Below, in pieces: positions 27,920-37,676 of a stretch of DNA of 64,000 nucleotides. The stretch is from Bdellovibrionia bacterium. GTDB taxonomy: Bacteria; Bdellovibrionota; UBA1018; JBILEK01. Position numbers and translations under genes: made by a program. Location: positions 27,516 through 91,515 of the forward strand of contig JBILEK010000001.1 in the NCBI GenBank assembly GCA_044352155.1. The letters are read 5' to 3'. The first letter of the stretch is position 1, and each line of letters begins with the position of its first letter. The notes under the pieces were generated by a model. That model worked only from the letters and a program-made list of their open reading frames with translations, did no database searches and was not told the DNA's origin.

Positions 27920-29398
27920 GTGAACAGGCGAGATTGGGTTAAAAAGTTTCGGACGCTCGACCTTCAAGTCAAAGTCACGCTGACTCTTGTTGCAGTGATT
28001 TTGCCGACGTTCCTGATCATCACCTTAATTGTAGATCGCCTGACCCAGCCGTATCTTGAGGAAGAAGTCCGCCAAATCGGGATCGCAAGCGCAAAGACTT
28101 TCGCGCTTGAAATTGAACGCGAAAAAACTTTCGCACGTCCCAACGCGCAAGAAATCCTCGAAAAGCAAATCACTGAGCTTCTCTCGATCCAACCCAACAT
28201 CTTACGGTTTGACGTCTACAAGAAAACTCAAGACGGCAAAGGCGAGCTCATCGCTTCAAGTCATGATTTCACATCGTATACCCCGACTATTGCTCTTGAT
28301 GATCGTGTCGTCAGCCGTCCCCTGAGCGAGGAGAGTGTGTCGGTATGGGAGCTCTCGGTACCGATCACGCAGAAGTCAAGCGCAGGGAGCAAGAGTGCGA
28401 GCTCAAAACTCCTTGGCAACGTCCGACTGCAGATTTCTCTTCAGCTGGTCGGAGAGATACTTGCTGGTTTTCAGCATTTTTCACTTGCTGCAGGGTTCAT
28501 GAGCGTTGTGATTTTGTTTGCGCTTTTGAGCTTTTTTTTGCGCAGAACGATTCAAAACGATCGTCTCTTACGCCGCGCACGCTCACAAAACACTAAACTT
28601 TACGAACAGCTTCACGATGCCCAGCGCCAGGTCATGAACAACGAAAAACTCGCTGTCATGGGACAACTTACCGCAAACTTTGCGCATGAAATCGGGACTC
28701 CCTTAAACGCGATTGGCGGACATCTTCAACTTTTGCGTGACGAACTGAGTAGTCCAAAACTCCCTCTCCCCTCCGCGCGCGAGCGCATCGAGATCCTCAA
28801 CGGACAAGTCAGTAAAATCGAGCACATCGTGCGCGAACTTCTTCAAACCACGGCTAAGCCTCAGTCTCAGACCCAGCTCGTGGATCTGAATCGAGTGGCC
28901 GAAAAAACACTCTCCCTCGTCCACCCGCGCGCCGACGCTCTTGGCGTTGAGATCAATACACACTTTGATCGCTCGTTAGGCCCAGTACGGCTTGTTCCAA
29001 TCGATCTCGAGCAAATTCTGCTTAATCTTGTCAACAACTCGCTTGATGCTCTTCAAGAAAAATGGAGTCGCAGACCTGGAGAGCGACTGCTGCTCGAGCT
29101 CGACACGCGGATCCAGGAGCTTGAGGATTCCCACTGGGCTGAAATCAGTATCCGCGATAGCGGCATGGGGATCTCCAGCGAAGACCTGCAAAGCGTCGTG
29201 AAGCCGTTTTTTACAACCAAAGCTCCGGGTCAAGGAACGGGGCTTGGACTGACGATTTGTCAGCAACTGGTCAAAAAGTACGACGGCGTGCTAGATCTGT
29301 CGTCGAAAGAGGGTTCATGGACCGAAGTCAAGATCCGGTTTCCGTTTCAGCCTCAGCGCAAGCTCGACTCAACCTCCTTGTCGTCGACGACGACTTAG
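27920..29398 (+). CDS. membrane sensor histidine kinase
   Basis: N-terminal TM, a periplasmic-type region and a second TM, followed by H-box FAHEIGTPLNAIGGHLQLL and the HATPase N/G-boxes (LVNNSLDA, GTGLGLTI). Confidence 0.85.
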   Translation: MNRRDWVKKFRTLDLQVKVTLTLVAVILPTFLIITLIVDRLTQPYLEEEVRQIGIASAKTFALEIEREKTFARPNAQEILEKQITELLSIQPNILRFDVYKKTQDGKGELIASSHDFTSYTPTIALDDRVVSRPLSEESVSVWELSVPITQKSSAGSKSASSKLLGNVRLQISLQLVGEILAGFQHFSLAAGFMSVVILFALLSFFLRRTIQNDRLLRRARSQNTKLYEQLHDAQRQVMNNEKLAVMGQLTANFAHEIGTPLNAIGGHLQLLRDELSSPKLPLPSARERIEILNGQVSKIEHIVRELLQTTAKPQSQTQLVDLNRVAEKTLSLVHPRADALGVEINTHFDRSLGPVRLVPIDLEQILLNLVNNSLDALQEKWSRRPGERLLLELDTRIQELEDSHWAEISIRDSGMGISSEDLQSVVKPFFTTKAPGQGTGLGLTICQQLVKKYDGVLDLSSKEGSWTEVKIRFPFQPQRKLDSTSLSSTTT

Positions 29399-30735
29399 TC
29401 ACGCGTGAACTGCTGCGCGAAGTTTTCGCGCGTGAAGGTTTCCCTGTCACCCTAGCATCGTGCGCCGAGGAGGCGCTTAAGCTCCTAGAGTCTCAGCAGT
29501 TTCCCATCGTGCTCTCTGACATCCGTATGCTTGAGCTGGACGGGATGGCGCTTCTGAGCGAAATCAAACGTCGATCTCCGACGGCTGCAGTGATCCTGAT
29601 GACCGGGTTTGGAACGATGGAAACCGCAATTCAAGCGATTCAGAAGGGTGCGTTCGACTACATCTCAAAACCCTTTAAAATCGACGAGATCAAAGCTTTA
29701 CTCGCACGTGCCGAACAACACGCCAGAACACAGATCCCTGTGCGACAAGCGCCCCCCCATAAGCCCATTCAAACTCGCGCACTCACTGGGAAATCTCCCA
29801 AGATCGTCGAGGTCTATAAAACTCTTGCGCGTGCAACACTTTCTGACAGTAACGTCTTGATCATCGGTGAAAGCGGCACGGGCAAAGAGCTCGTCGCTCG
29901 CGCCATTCATGAAAATAGCTCTCGCTCAAAGCGCCCCTTTATCGCGATCAACTGTGGTGCGCTGGCTGAGGGAGTACTTGAAAGCGAGCTTTTTGGGCAC
30001 GTCAAAGGGGCCTTCACCGGCGCGCTCTCGGATAAGCCAGGAATTTTTCAAGAAGCAAACGGAGGCACTCTTTTCCTCGACGAGATCGGCGACGTTTCTC
30101 AAGCTCTTCAGGTGAAACTTTTGCGCGCTCTCCAAGAGGGAGAAGCCCGCGCCGTGGGCTCAAGCGCGACCGCTCGTTTTGATGTCCGCGTTCTTGCAGC
30201 GACACACAGAGATCTGAGCGGCTGGGTCCGCGAAGGAAAGTTTCGCGAAGATCTTTACTATCGACTCAAGGTGGTTTCGATTGAGATCCCTCCACTTCGC
30301 GAGCGCATGGAGGATCTGCCCGAATTAGTGGATCTGTTTATCTCTCGTTTTTCAGAGCGCTCGGGAAAGAGCATCTCGCACGCAAGCCCAGAGGCGATGA
30401 TGTGCCTTCAAAGCTATTCTTGGCCCGGAAACGTGCGTGAGCTTGAGCATGCGATTGAGCATGCAATCGCAATGAGCCGCACTCACATCTTGTTTCCTGA
30501 GGACTTCTCTTTAGAAATTCAGCGCGCAGCGAAGCTCGCCATCGCTGAAGTCGATACGACTGCTACAACTGCTTCACCCGCATCTCTTGAAGATCTCGAG
30601 CGCACACATATCCTTAAAATTTTGCAGCAAACGGGTTACAATAAATCTAGAACAGCTGAGCTACTGGGGATTGATCGCGCAACTCTCTACCGCAAAGCGC
30701 AGCGCTATGGCATCCCCCTAGGTGAGCGCAGTTAA
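29317..30735 (+). CDS. sigma-54-dependent response regulator (NtrC family)
   Basis: Receiver (LLVVDDD), AAA+ (GESGTGKE, GAFTGA, ESELFGH) and C-terminal HTH. The ORF opens at 29257. Start chosen at ATG 29317 (MDRSQ). It overlaps the kinase's 3' tail in another frame. Confidence 0.8.
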   Translation: MDRSQDPVSVSASAQARLNLLVVDDDLVTRELLREVFAREGFPVTLASCAEEALKLLESQQFPIVLSDIRMLELDGMALLSEIKRRSPTAAVILMTGFGTMETAIQAIQKGAFDYISKPFKIDEIKALLARAEQHARTQIPVRQAPPHKPIQTRALTGKSPKIVEVYKTLARATLSDSNVLIIGESGTGKELVARAIHENSSRSKRPFIAINCGALAEGVLESELFGHVKGAFTGALSDKPGIFQEANGGTLFLDEIGDVSQALQVKLLRALQEGEARAVGSSATARFDVRVLAATHRDLSGWVREGKFREDLYYRLKVVSIEIPPLRERMEDLPELVDLFISRFSERSGKSISHASPEAMMCLQSYSWPGNVRELEHAIEHAIAMSRTHILFPEDFSLEIQRAAKLAIAEVDTTATTASPASLEDLERTHILKILQQTGYNKSRTAELLGIDRATLYRKAQRYGIPLGERS

Positions 30736-30863
30736 TTGCGCGCCTCATCCTCCCAAAACAAAAACGATCGCACCCCTCATCACTTTGCCATGCTTGTGTT
30801 TGATTCTTGACGCTACAAGTTCATTCCCAAAAACCCCATGGCCGCTATTAAACTAAATCGGGC

Positions 30864-31652
30864 ATGGAACTTGTCGAGCTCGTTCATGACCCTCGGGTCA
30901 ACCTCTTCTCTCGCCTGCTGTTGAAGCTTTTGCGCTCCTACTTTCGAGTCCGCGTCGAGGGCCTTGAGCACATCCCGGAGTACGGACCAGCGATCATCTG
31001 TCCCAATCATTCAGGTTTTGCAGGAGCAGACGCTGTGATGCTCACTCATCTCATTTCTCGACACAAAGGCAGAAAAGCTAGAATCCTTGCTCATCGCGCT
31101 TATTTTGATTTTTCTAGCCAACTCAAAGAGGTCGTCGAGAGCTTTGGAATGAGGCGTGCTTCATTTGAAAACGGTGTACGACTTCTTGAAAATGATCACC
31201 TACTGCTCTTGTTTCCTGAAGGCGAGGACGGAAACTTTAAAGGAACTTACCTCCGCTACCGACTCCAGCCGTTTCATACCGGGTTTTTGAGAATGGCGAT
31301 TCTCGCTCGTGCCCCAATCATTCCGTGCGCAGTCATCGGCGCAGAAGAGTCGCACCTCAATTTAGGCAAGCTCGACCTCAGTCGAGTGATTCGTGGAATC
31401 AAGATCCCTCTCCCCCTCAACTTGATCCCCTTACCTGCAAAATGGAGGATTCGTTTTCTGCCACCCATTGACGTCACTCAATGGGCTCCAGAGGTTGCCG
31501 AGGACAAAGTGAAGCTACGGCGCATTTCAAGACGTATTCAACTCCAACTACAAAAAGAAATCCGCTCGATCTTGCGTGAGCGTAAGTATGTTTACTTTCG
31601 TCAAACCAGACAGATTTTGGACGCGATTTTACAAAAGGCTCCAAAAAAATGA
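30864..31652 (+). CDS. lysophospholipid / 1-acyl-glycerol-3-phosphate acyltransferase family protein
   Basis: PlsC-like blocks NHSGFAGAD (block I) and FPEGEDG (block III). Confidence 0.65.
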   Translation: MELVELVHDPRVNLFSRLLLKLLRSYFRVRVEGLEHIPEYGPAIICPNHSGFAGADAVMLTHLISRHKGRKARILAHRAYFDFSSQLKEVVESFGMRRASFENGVRLLENDHLLLLFPEGEDGNFKGTYLRYRLQPFHTGFLRMAILARAPIIPCAVIGAEESHLNLGKLDLSRVIRGIKIPLPLNLIPLPAKWRIRFLPPIDVTQWAPEVAEDKVKLRRISRRIQLQLQKEIRSILRERKYVYFRQTRQILDAILQKAPKK

Positions 31653-32398
31653 AAATCAGACTTCTCACTGAGCTCGCCTGGATTCGCAAAGGATTTTCGG
31701 AAAACAGCTTACTCGCTCTATCGCTTCTTGTCGGACTCTACGTTCTCATTGCGTTCACTAACTCAAGCCTGATCGATCCCACAGCGCAAATGGACTGGCC
31801 TTTGGTTTGGATTTGGGTTGCCCTCACACTTCTTTGCGTTTGGCGTGTTCGATGGAAAGAAGATGGGCTTCTTTTTTTTGTGGGGCTTGTTGGAGGGACG
31901 TGCATCGAGATCTGGGGCACGCACACGGGACTCTGGTGGTACCAAACGGGAGAGAAGCCTCCACTCTACATTCTTCCAGCTTGGCCGATTGCGGGCCTAG
32001 CCACTCATCGCCTTGCGCTGATCTCCGAGCGCTACTGGCCAGGAACTCCGCCCCCTATACTCACACTCGTCACGCTGGGAGCATTTTGCGCGATGATGAT
32101 TTGGTTTTCACGCGTCGCAGAACTCCCGATCCTTAACTTTGCCGCCCTCACGACAATGACCGCACTGCTTGCCATCGAACGCGACGATCGAAAGGACTTG
32201 GAGCTTTTTTTGTGGGGTGCGGGTGCGGGCTACATCCTTGAATGGTGGTGCACGACTCGCGAAGTCTATACCTACTACACGCTTGCCACTCCTCCTTGGC
32301 AAACCGTATTGGCTCACGGCTACGCGACAGTCATGTTCGGAAAGGGCTATCGGTTCTTAAAAAACAAAATTCCTACTCTTTCGCAAAAGCTCACTTAA
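31649..32398 (+). CDS. hypothetical polytopic membrane protein
   Basis: 249 aa with six or more hydrophobic helices. Overlaps the preceding gene by 4 bp. Confidence 0.45.
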   Translation: MKIRLLTELAWIRKGFSENSLLALSLLVGLYVLIAFTNSSLIDPTAQMDWPLVWIWVALTLLCVWRVRWKEDGLLFFVGLVGGTCIEIWGTHTGLWWYQTGEKPPLYILPAWPIAGLATHRLALISERYWPGTPPPILTLVTLGAFCAMMIWFSRVAELPILNFAALTTMTALLAIERDDRKDLELFLWGAGAGYILEWWCTTREVYTYYTLATPPWQTVLAHGYATVMFGKGYRFLKNKIPTLSQKLT

Positions 32399-32443
32399 AA
32401 TGAGACGGGTAGAGCCTCATCAAATCCGCTAATCTTTTTCGAT

Positions 32444-32788
32444 ATGGATGCGCACTTTTGGAAAACCGCAGGTCTCCTGGTTCTGTCCAATACCTTCATG
32501 ACGCTTGCATGGTACGGCCATCTCCGCTTTAAAGAAGCTCCGCTCATTCTCGCGATTTTTTTAAGTTGGCTTGTCGCTCTTCCCGAGTACGCACTCCAAG
32601 TTCCGGCCAATCGGTTGGGCTATGAGAAATTCTCAGGCTACGATCTTAAAATCCTCCAAGAGTGCATTACGCTCGTCGTATTCATGATTTTTGCCTTTTT
32701 TGTCCTTAAAGAGACCCCAGGTTGGCGCCATCTGCTCGCTTTTGGACTAATCCTGACTGCTGTAGTCGTGACCTACGGCGGTCGGTGA
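32444..32788 (+). CDS. small DMT-superfamily (DUF486-like) membrane protein
   Basis: 114 aa with 4 TM helices and a WYGHLRF ... PEYALQVPANRLGY pattern. Confidence 0.45.
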   Translation: MDAHFWKTAGLLVLSNTFMTLAWYGHLRFKEAPLILAIFLSWLVALPEYALQVPANRLGYEKFSGYDLKILQECITLVVFMIFAFFVLKETPGWRHLLAFGLILTAVVVTYGGR

Positions 32789-32896
32789 TTTCACTACCTA
32801 GGAAAAAATGAGTGGGGGGTCTTGTGAGCTTTTGGCATCCGCGTTAAACATCGACCTTCACGCGTAGAAGCCGCGTGCATCTAGGGGAGATGTCCA

Positions 32897-34225
32897 TTGG
32901 GGTGCCAGAGAGTTCAAAACAGGTTTTATAGGTATTTTTTACTTAAGTTTCATGCGGTTACGTTACTTGCCGGGGGCTCGCTTTTGGTCCTCTCGGGATG
33001 CCTGAGTCCCTCGTCGGATCCACACGGAGGACAGCTCGTGGCTGGCACACAAAACGCCGTCATCTATGGAGCGGATGATCGACGCGACTTGTACGAGATT
33101 CGGGATCCTGCGATCGTGGCAGTGGCCCGCAGTACGGTCGCCCTGGTTCGAAGCCACAAAATCACAGAAACTGTGGACGGGAAGCTCAAACTCGGCGGCC
33201 AGATTTGGGGCGAAGAGGACAATCTCTGCAAGTCAGAGCGCTTTTTTCAACAGCGAAGCAGCGCGTTTTGCTCGGGATTTTTGGTGGCCCCAGACGTCAT
33301 CGTGACGGCCGGTCATTGCATCAGGACTGCAAACGACTGTGCTTCGATTAAGTTCGTTTTTGATTTTGCGCTGAAAAACGCTTCCGAGCTTAACGACGAG
33401 GTCTCCCCCTCCTCGGTCTACGGCTGCTCAGCGCTCCTCGCTCAAACATTGGAAAAAGATGGAGCCGATTTCGCCATCGCGCGCTTGGATCGAGCCGTGG
33501 GAGACCGCACACCCGTTCGCCTCAGAACAAAAGGCGCACCGAGCGTTGGCACTCCACTCTATGTGGTGGGCCATCCTTCGGGGATCCCGACAAAGATTGC
33601 ATCAGGCGCAAAGATTCGCTCGGTGGAGAGTGCGTTTTTCGTCGCAGACACCGACACCTACGGTGGTAACTCAGGATCAGCGGTGTTTAACGCAGACACA
33701 CACGAGGTCGAAGGTGTTCTTGTGCGTGGTGAATCTGATTTTGTCCAAACACCCTCAGGCTGCGTCGTATCCAATCACTGCTCTCAGGATGACTGCCGAG
33801 GAGAGGACGTGACGCTGATTTCCTTGGTGACGCCGCACTTGTTCAACGAGAGCAAACCGCCTCAAGCGTTGGTGTACGAAGTCCGCCGTCCAGAGGAGAG
33901 CAGACTGACCGATCAGACTCGTCTCCAAGCCACGATTCAAGTCATGCCTGAGTTATCCGGTAGCCCCGTGCGAGTGAGTATTGAGCTTGATTTACGTGGG
34001 CGTGATTTGCGGGACTTACAAATTCTCGATTGTCAAAACCGGGCCCTTGCTATGGATCTTGTCGATATGAGCTTTCCTGAGAGTGGCCTCACTCGTTTTG
34101 TCTACGCGGCGACTGCTCCTTCAATCAGCGAACCTTCGTGCTCGTGGACTCTCATGCTCTTAGGTACCGATCAGCGCTCAGACCGACGAATCATCGAAAA
34201 CCTGAGGATCGAGCAAGCACTCTAG
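32897..34225 (+). CDS. secreted trypsin-like (S1B, glutamyl-endopeptidase-like) serine protease lipoprotein with a C-terminal extension
   Basis: Lipobox LVLSGC. His motif VTAGHC. Ser motif GGNSGSAV. A non-catalytic tail of about 120 aa. Confidence 0.75.
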   Translation: MGCQRVQNRFYRYFLLKFHAVTLLAGGSLLVLSGCLSPSSDPHGGQLVAGTQNAVIYGADDRRDLYEIRDPAIVAVARSTVALVRSHKITETVDGKLKLGGQIWGEEDNLCKSERFFQQRSSAFCSGFLVAPDVIVTAGHCIRTANDCASIKFVFDFALKNASELNDEVSPSSVYGCSALLAQTLEKDGADFAIARLDRAVGDRTPVRLRTKGAPSVGTPLYVVGHPSGIPTKIASGAKIRSVESAFFVADTDTYGGNSGSAVFNADTHEVEGVLVRGESDFVQTPSGCVVSNHCSQDDCRGEDVTLISLVTPHLFNESKPPQALVYEVRRPEESRLTDQTRLQATIQVMPELSGSPVRVSIELDLRGRDLRDLQILDCQNRALAMDLVDMSFPESGLTRFVYAATAPSISEPSCSWTLMLLGTDQRSDRRIIENLRIEQAL

Positions 34226-34249
34226 TTTAGGATCTGCTAAACTCAAAAC

Positions 34250-35077
34250 GTGCTTAAGCTCAAGGCGCTCATCGCTGGCTCTTGCTCGCATCCAGAGAAG
34301 CTTGCGCTCTCCGGCGGGGGGATTCGTAGCGTTCGTTTTCCTTCTAGCGTTGCAGTGATCGAGCACCCCAAAGAGGGAGTCATTTTGCTCGACACGGGCT
34401 ACTCCCCACGCTTTGAAGAGATCACACGAAAACTTCAGGGCAAGCTCTACTCCTGGATTTCAAACGTGCAAATCGATCCGCAGCAAACCGCCGCAGAGCA
34501 ACTCCTACGCGCAGGGATTTCACCCTCGGATGTCAGACTTGTGGTTTTATCTCATTTCCACGGCGATCATCTGGGAGGCGTTGCCGACTTTACTAAAGCA
34601 CGTTTCGTTTACTTTGAGTCAGCGCTGCACGAGTTTGAGACGATGCAACCGCTTCAGGCGCGTTTGAAAGGTTTTTTAGGTGAGCTTCTCCCTAAAGATT
34701 TTGGCAATCGCTCTGAGAAAGTGGAGTTAAGCCAACTTCAGCCATTCCATCGACTCCCAGGGTTTTCACACGGGGTGAGCTTGCTTGCGGATGGATCGAT
34801 CTGGCTCATCCCTCTCCCTGGGCATGCCCCCGGACACACGGGCCTCTGGTTTGAGTCCGAGGACGGGCCTGAGTTTCTTGTGGCAGATGCATGTTGGAGA
34901 CGTGAGAGTTTCGAGCAACTACGCTTCCCAAACCCACTGGCTTCACTCCTATTTGAAGATGCTGTCGCCTATCGAAGCACGCTACGAAAACTCTACACCC
35001 TCCACCTTGAGCGGCCCGAAATTCGGATCACCCCCTGCCACTGCGAGAACTCGATCGCTCAGCTTCAGCCACTTTAA
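34250..35077 (+). CDS. MBL-fold metallo-hydrolase
   Basis: HxHxDH motif in LSHFHGDHLGG, plus downstream His/Asp ligands. Confidence 0.8.
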   Translation: MLKLKALIAGSCSHPEKLALSGGGIRSVRFPSSVAVIEHPKEGVILLDTGYSPRFEEITRKLQGKLYSWISNVQIDPQQTAAEQLLRAGISPSDVRLVVLSHFHGDHLGGVADFTKARFVYFESALHEFETMQPLQARLKGFLGELLPKDFGNRSEKVELSQLQPFHRLPGFSHGVSLLADGSIWLIPLPGHAPGHTGLWFESEDGPEFLVADACWRRESFEQLRFPNPLASLLFEDAVAYRSTLRKLYTLHLERPEIRITPCHCENSIAQLQPL

Positions 35078-35079
35078 AA

Positions 35080-36270
35080 CTAGTTTCGAGGGGTGGACTT
35101 TCCTGTTTTTTCGCGCGCCTCGGTTTCCCATTTCTTCAATCGACGCCGTAAGTCCAAAGGGATGTCGGTGCCCGCGCTCCCCGTGTACCCTTGATAAATC
35201 GACTGCTCAAGTCTGCGATAGCAGTCTTCGGCAAGCGCGGTATGGGGTGCTCGCCGAATACACGCTTGATAATAAGTCTCATGCAACTCAGGAAATCGAT
35301 TAAGTCCCAGCGCCTCATAGGTCATCCCCGCCATCAGCAACGCCTGATCTAAGTGCGGCACTTCACTCCCTAAGCGCATCAAGTTATGAGCTGCAGCCGA
35401 AGCACGCAGATAATCCACATCGGCTGAGTGATCAAAAAAGTAGCGCTGGCTGTTTTTGGCTTGCGTGAACAAACGTACAGCCTCCGCATATAGGCCCTCT
35501 GCTGTGACGGCTTCGCGCTTAGGCTCCGCAATCCACTTCTCGATCGCAACCTTCCATGCTTTTGCATCATGAGACAAAAAGTAAGGCGCATGAGGCTCAG
35601 CCAAGATCAAGTTGACCCATTCCTGAGCAACTTTAGGATCCTGTTGGGTGCGGACAGCGACCATCAGTCCTAAACGCGCAGCACTTGCCCAGTCTCCCGG
35701 TTTTTCTTTCAGCAGAGTTTGATCCTTTAAGATTCCTCGTAAAGTCTCGAGCGCAGGAGCAAACTCACGGATCGCAACTTGAATCTCCGCTCGCTCAATC
35801 GCAGGTAAGCGAGCAAAAAGCGCAGATTTCGGTGCCGCAGAAAACGCCGGCCCCGACTGTGTTCGTGTATGACACGCGATACAGCCTTGAGCGACCCCTT
35901 TGAGCAGGTAGCGCGAGTAAGCGATGTTCCCTGACTTCAGAGCATCTCTCGCCCGATCCGCCTCCTCGGCAAACAAGTCTCCTAAGAGCTTCATCGAAGG
36001 ATCCAAGTCCGGTGAAAGAGTGCGCTCGGCCATCGAATGCGACAGTTTCGAAAGCTGCTCAGTGTTTTTTTGTAGACGTCGCTTTCCCTCTCCACTCCGA
36101 GCACGACTCTCAGAGGACGCGTCAATCAGGATCTCCTGAAGCAGCGTGGAGAGTTTTCGCATCTTCTCTCCCCACGCTAACTCTTCAGCCGCAAACACGG
36201 GACCACTAAGAAACAACGAACAAAGAAGTCCCCAGGACGCCACGTGACGATAAGAGTTTCGCATCCTCAA
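35080..36270 (-). CDS. secreted alpha-helical protein with a single CxxCH haem-c motif (cytochrome-c-like)
   Basis: Signal peptide. CIACH at about residue 130. Otherwise unrecognised. Confidence 0.45.
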   Translation of the reverse strand: MRMRNSYRHVASWGLLCSLFLSGPVFAAEELAWGEKMRKLSTLLQEILIDASSESRARSGEGKRRLQKNTEQLSKLSHSMAERTLSPDLDPSMKLLGDLFAEEADRARDALKSGNIAYSRYLLKGVAQGCIACHTRTQSGPAFSAAPKSALFARLPAIERAEIQVAIREFAPALETLRGILKDQTLLKEKPGDWASAARLGLMVAVRTQQDPKVAQEWVNLILAEPHAPYFLSHDAKAWKVAIEKWIAEPKREAVTAEGLYAEAVRLFTQAKNSQRYFFDHSADVDYLRASAAAHNLMRLGSEVPHLDQALLMAGMTYEALGLNRFPELHETYYQACIRRAPHTALAEDCYRRLEQSIYQGYTGSAGTDIPLDLRRRLKKWETEAREKTGKSTPRN

Positions 36271-36277
36271 ATCCTAA

Positions 36278-36733
36278 CTAGTGCTTGTAGGATTGGCGAA
36301 GCAATTCCGAAAGTGCGCGCAGAGCATCCACCGCCGTAAAAATTCCGACGATCTTATTGTTTTCCTGCCGCACAACAACACATCCGTACTTATGCTCTGC
36401 CATCTCTTTTACGACTTCATCAAGCTGAGCATCGTGGTTAACGCAATACGGATCCGGCATCATCACGTCATCCACCCTTAACTCCCCTGAACCCTCAAAG
36501 CTTGAGGCCACCTTAATGTCTCGATCCGTTAAAACACCCACGAGGTTACCTGCATTAAGAACGGGCAAGTGTCGGATTCGGTTCTCACGCATGAGGCTAA
36601 TCGCATTTGAAATCTTAATGTCGTGACCGATGGTGTGCGGCATAAAGGTCATCACTTTTTCAATCTTAGGCATCTGTTTCATTGGTGTCTCCTTTGTACA
36701 TTCTCTTCTGCTGTAGAGCAGAGATCGGGCCAT
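36278..36733 (-). CDS. CBS-pair domain protein
   Basis: Two CBS motifs (HLPVLNAGNLVGVLTDRDI ... GCVVVRQENNKIVGIFTAVDALRAL). Confidence 0.75.
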   Translation of the reverse strand: MARSLLYSRRECTKETPMKQMPKIEKVMTFMPHTIGHDIKISNAISLMRENRIRHLPVLNAGNLVGVLTDRDIKVASSFEGSGELRVDDVMMPDPYCVNHDAQLDEVVKEMAEHKYGCVVVRQENNKIVGIFTAVDALRALSELLRQSYKH

Positions 36734-36865
36734 TCAAAAGCGCCCTAAATTGCTGTTTTAATGAGATATTTGCTTCGCTCACGAGACAAATCTTCCCAGC
36801 GCGAGACAAATTACCCCGAAGGCGCTTTTTTCGATCTGTAGGATCAAAATCAACGCATTGAAGGG

Positions 36866-36881
36866 GGGCACAAGAACTGCT
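36866..36881 (+). promoter_or_regulatory. candidate sigma-54 promoter: GGGCACaagaaCTGCT
   Basis: GG-N10-GC spacing is exact. It lies about 40 nt upstream of the ATG at 36918. Confidence 0.4.
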
Positions 36882-36917
36882 ATCTGCATCTCCAAACGGA
36901 AAGGATCCCACTAACTT

Positions 36918-37658
36918 ATGAGTAAAAAACTGGACGCTTTGCGCTCTTTCGCTTTGATGCTTGGAGTTGCCATTGTGCTGGGGAGTGGGGTTCAAGCTTC
37001 TTCCCCACTACCGAAACCTGAGCGCGTAACCATTCATGCGAAGCATTTTTTTATGCCTCCTGGATTTGACGATAACGATAACGCTCAGCTTGTTTTAAGC
37101 GGGATGCTTCCCAACACTTGCTATAAGTCTGCGAACCCAAAAGTCGAGATTGATGAAGCCCGAAAGCGGATCATCGTGACTCCCCAGGCTTTTTTCTATC
37201 CTGGGTGCTGGTGTTTGCAGGTTTTGGTTCCGTTCACTCAAACGATTGATCTCGGAGTGCTGCAGCAAGGTAACTACACTGTCACTGAGATGGATGAGCG
37301 CGGCAGCGGATTGACACGGGGAACTCTCCCGATCGCGGAAGCACGATCAGGTGCTCCGGATGACTCTCTTTATGCTCCCATCAAAGCAGCTCGCATCGAG
37401 CGCCGTGAGAACGAGTTGACTCTCATCCTCTCAGGACAGCTCTCCTCGTGCATGAGCTTCAAGGAAGTCAAGGTTATGGCGCGCGTCCCGAATCTGATCG
37501 AAGTTCTTCCGATTGCCCAAGAGGATGGAACCCAGTGCTCAGGGCCTGCGCGCTCATTTGAGCGATCGGTCGCTCTGCCTGCGCTTGAACACGGAACCAC
37601 GCTCATTCATATCCGTTCTCTCAACGGACAGTCGATTAACCTGATCGAAGAGCTGTAG
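36918..37658 (+). CDS. secreted hypothetical protein (246 aa)
   Basis: Clear signal peptide. No recognised domain. First gene of the USP/PAS-kinase unit. Confidence 0.5.
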   Translation: MSKKLDALRSFALMLGVAIVLGSGVQASSPLPKPERVTIHAKHFFMPPGFDDNDNAQLVLSGMLPNTCYKSANPKVEIDEARKRIIVTPQAFFYPGCWCLQVLVPFTQTIDLGVLQQGNYTVTEMDERGSGLTRGTLPIAEARSGAPDDSLYAPIKAARIERRENELTLILSGQLSSCMSFKEVKVMARVPNLIEVLPIAQEDGTQCSGPARSFERSVALPALEHGTTLIHIRSLNGQSINLIEEL

Positions 37659-37676
37659 TTACAAGATGAGGCTCGC

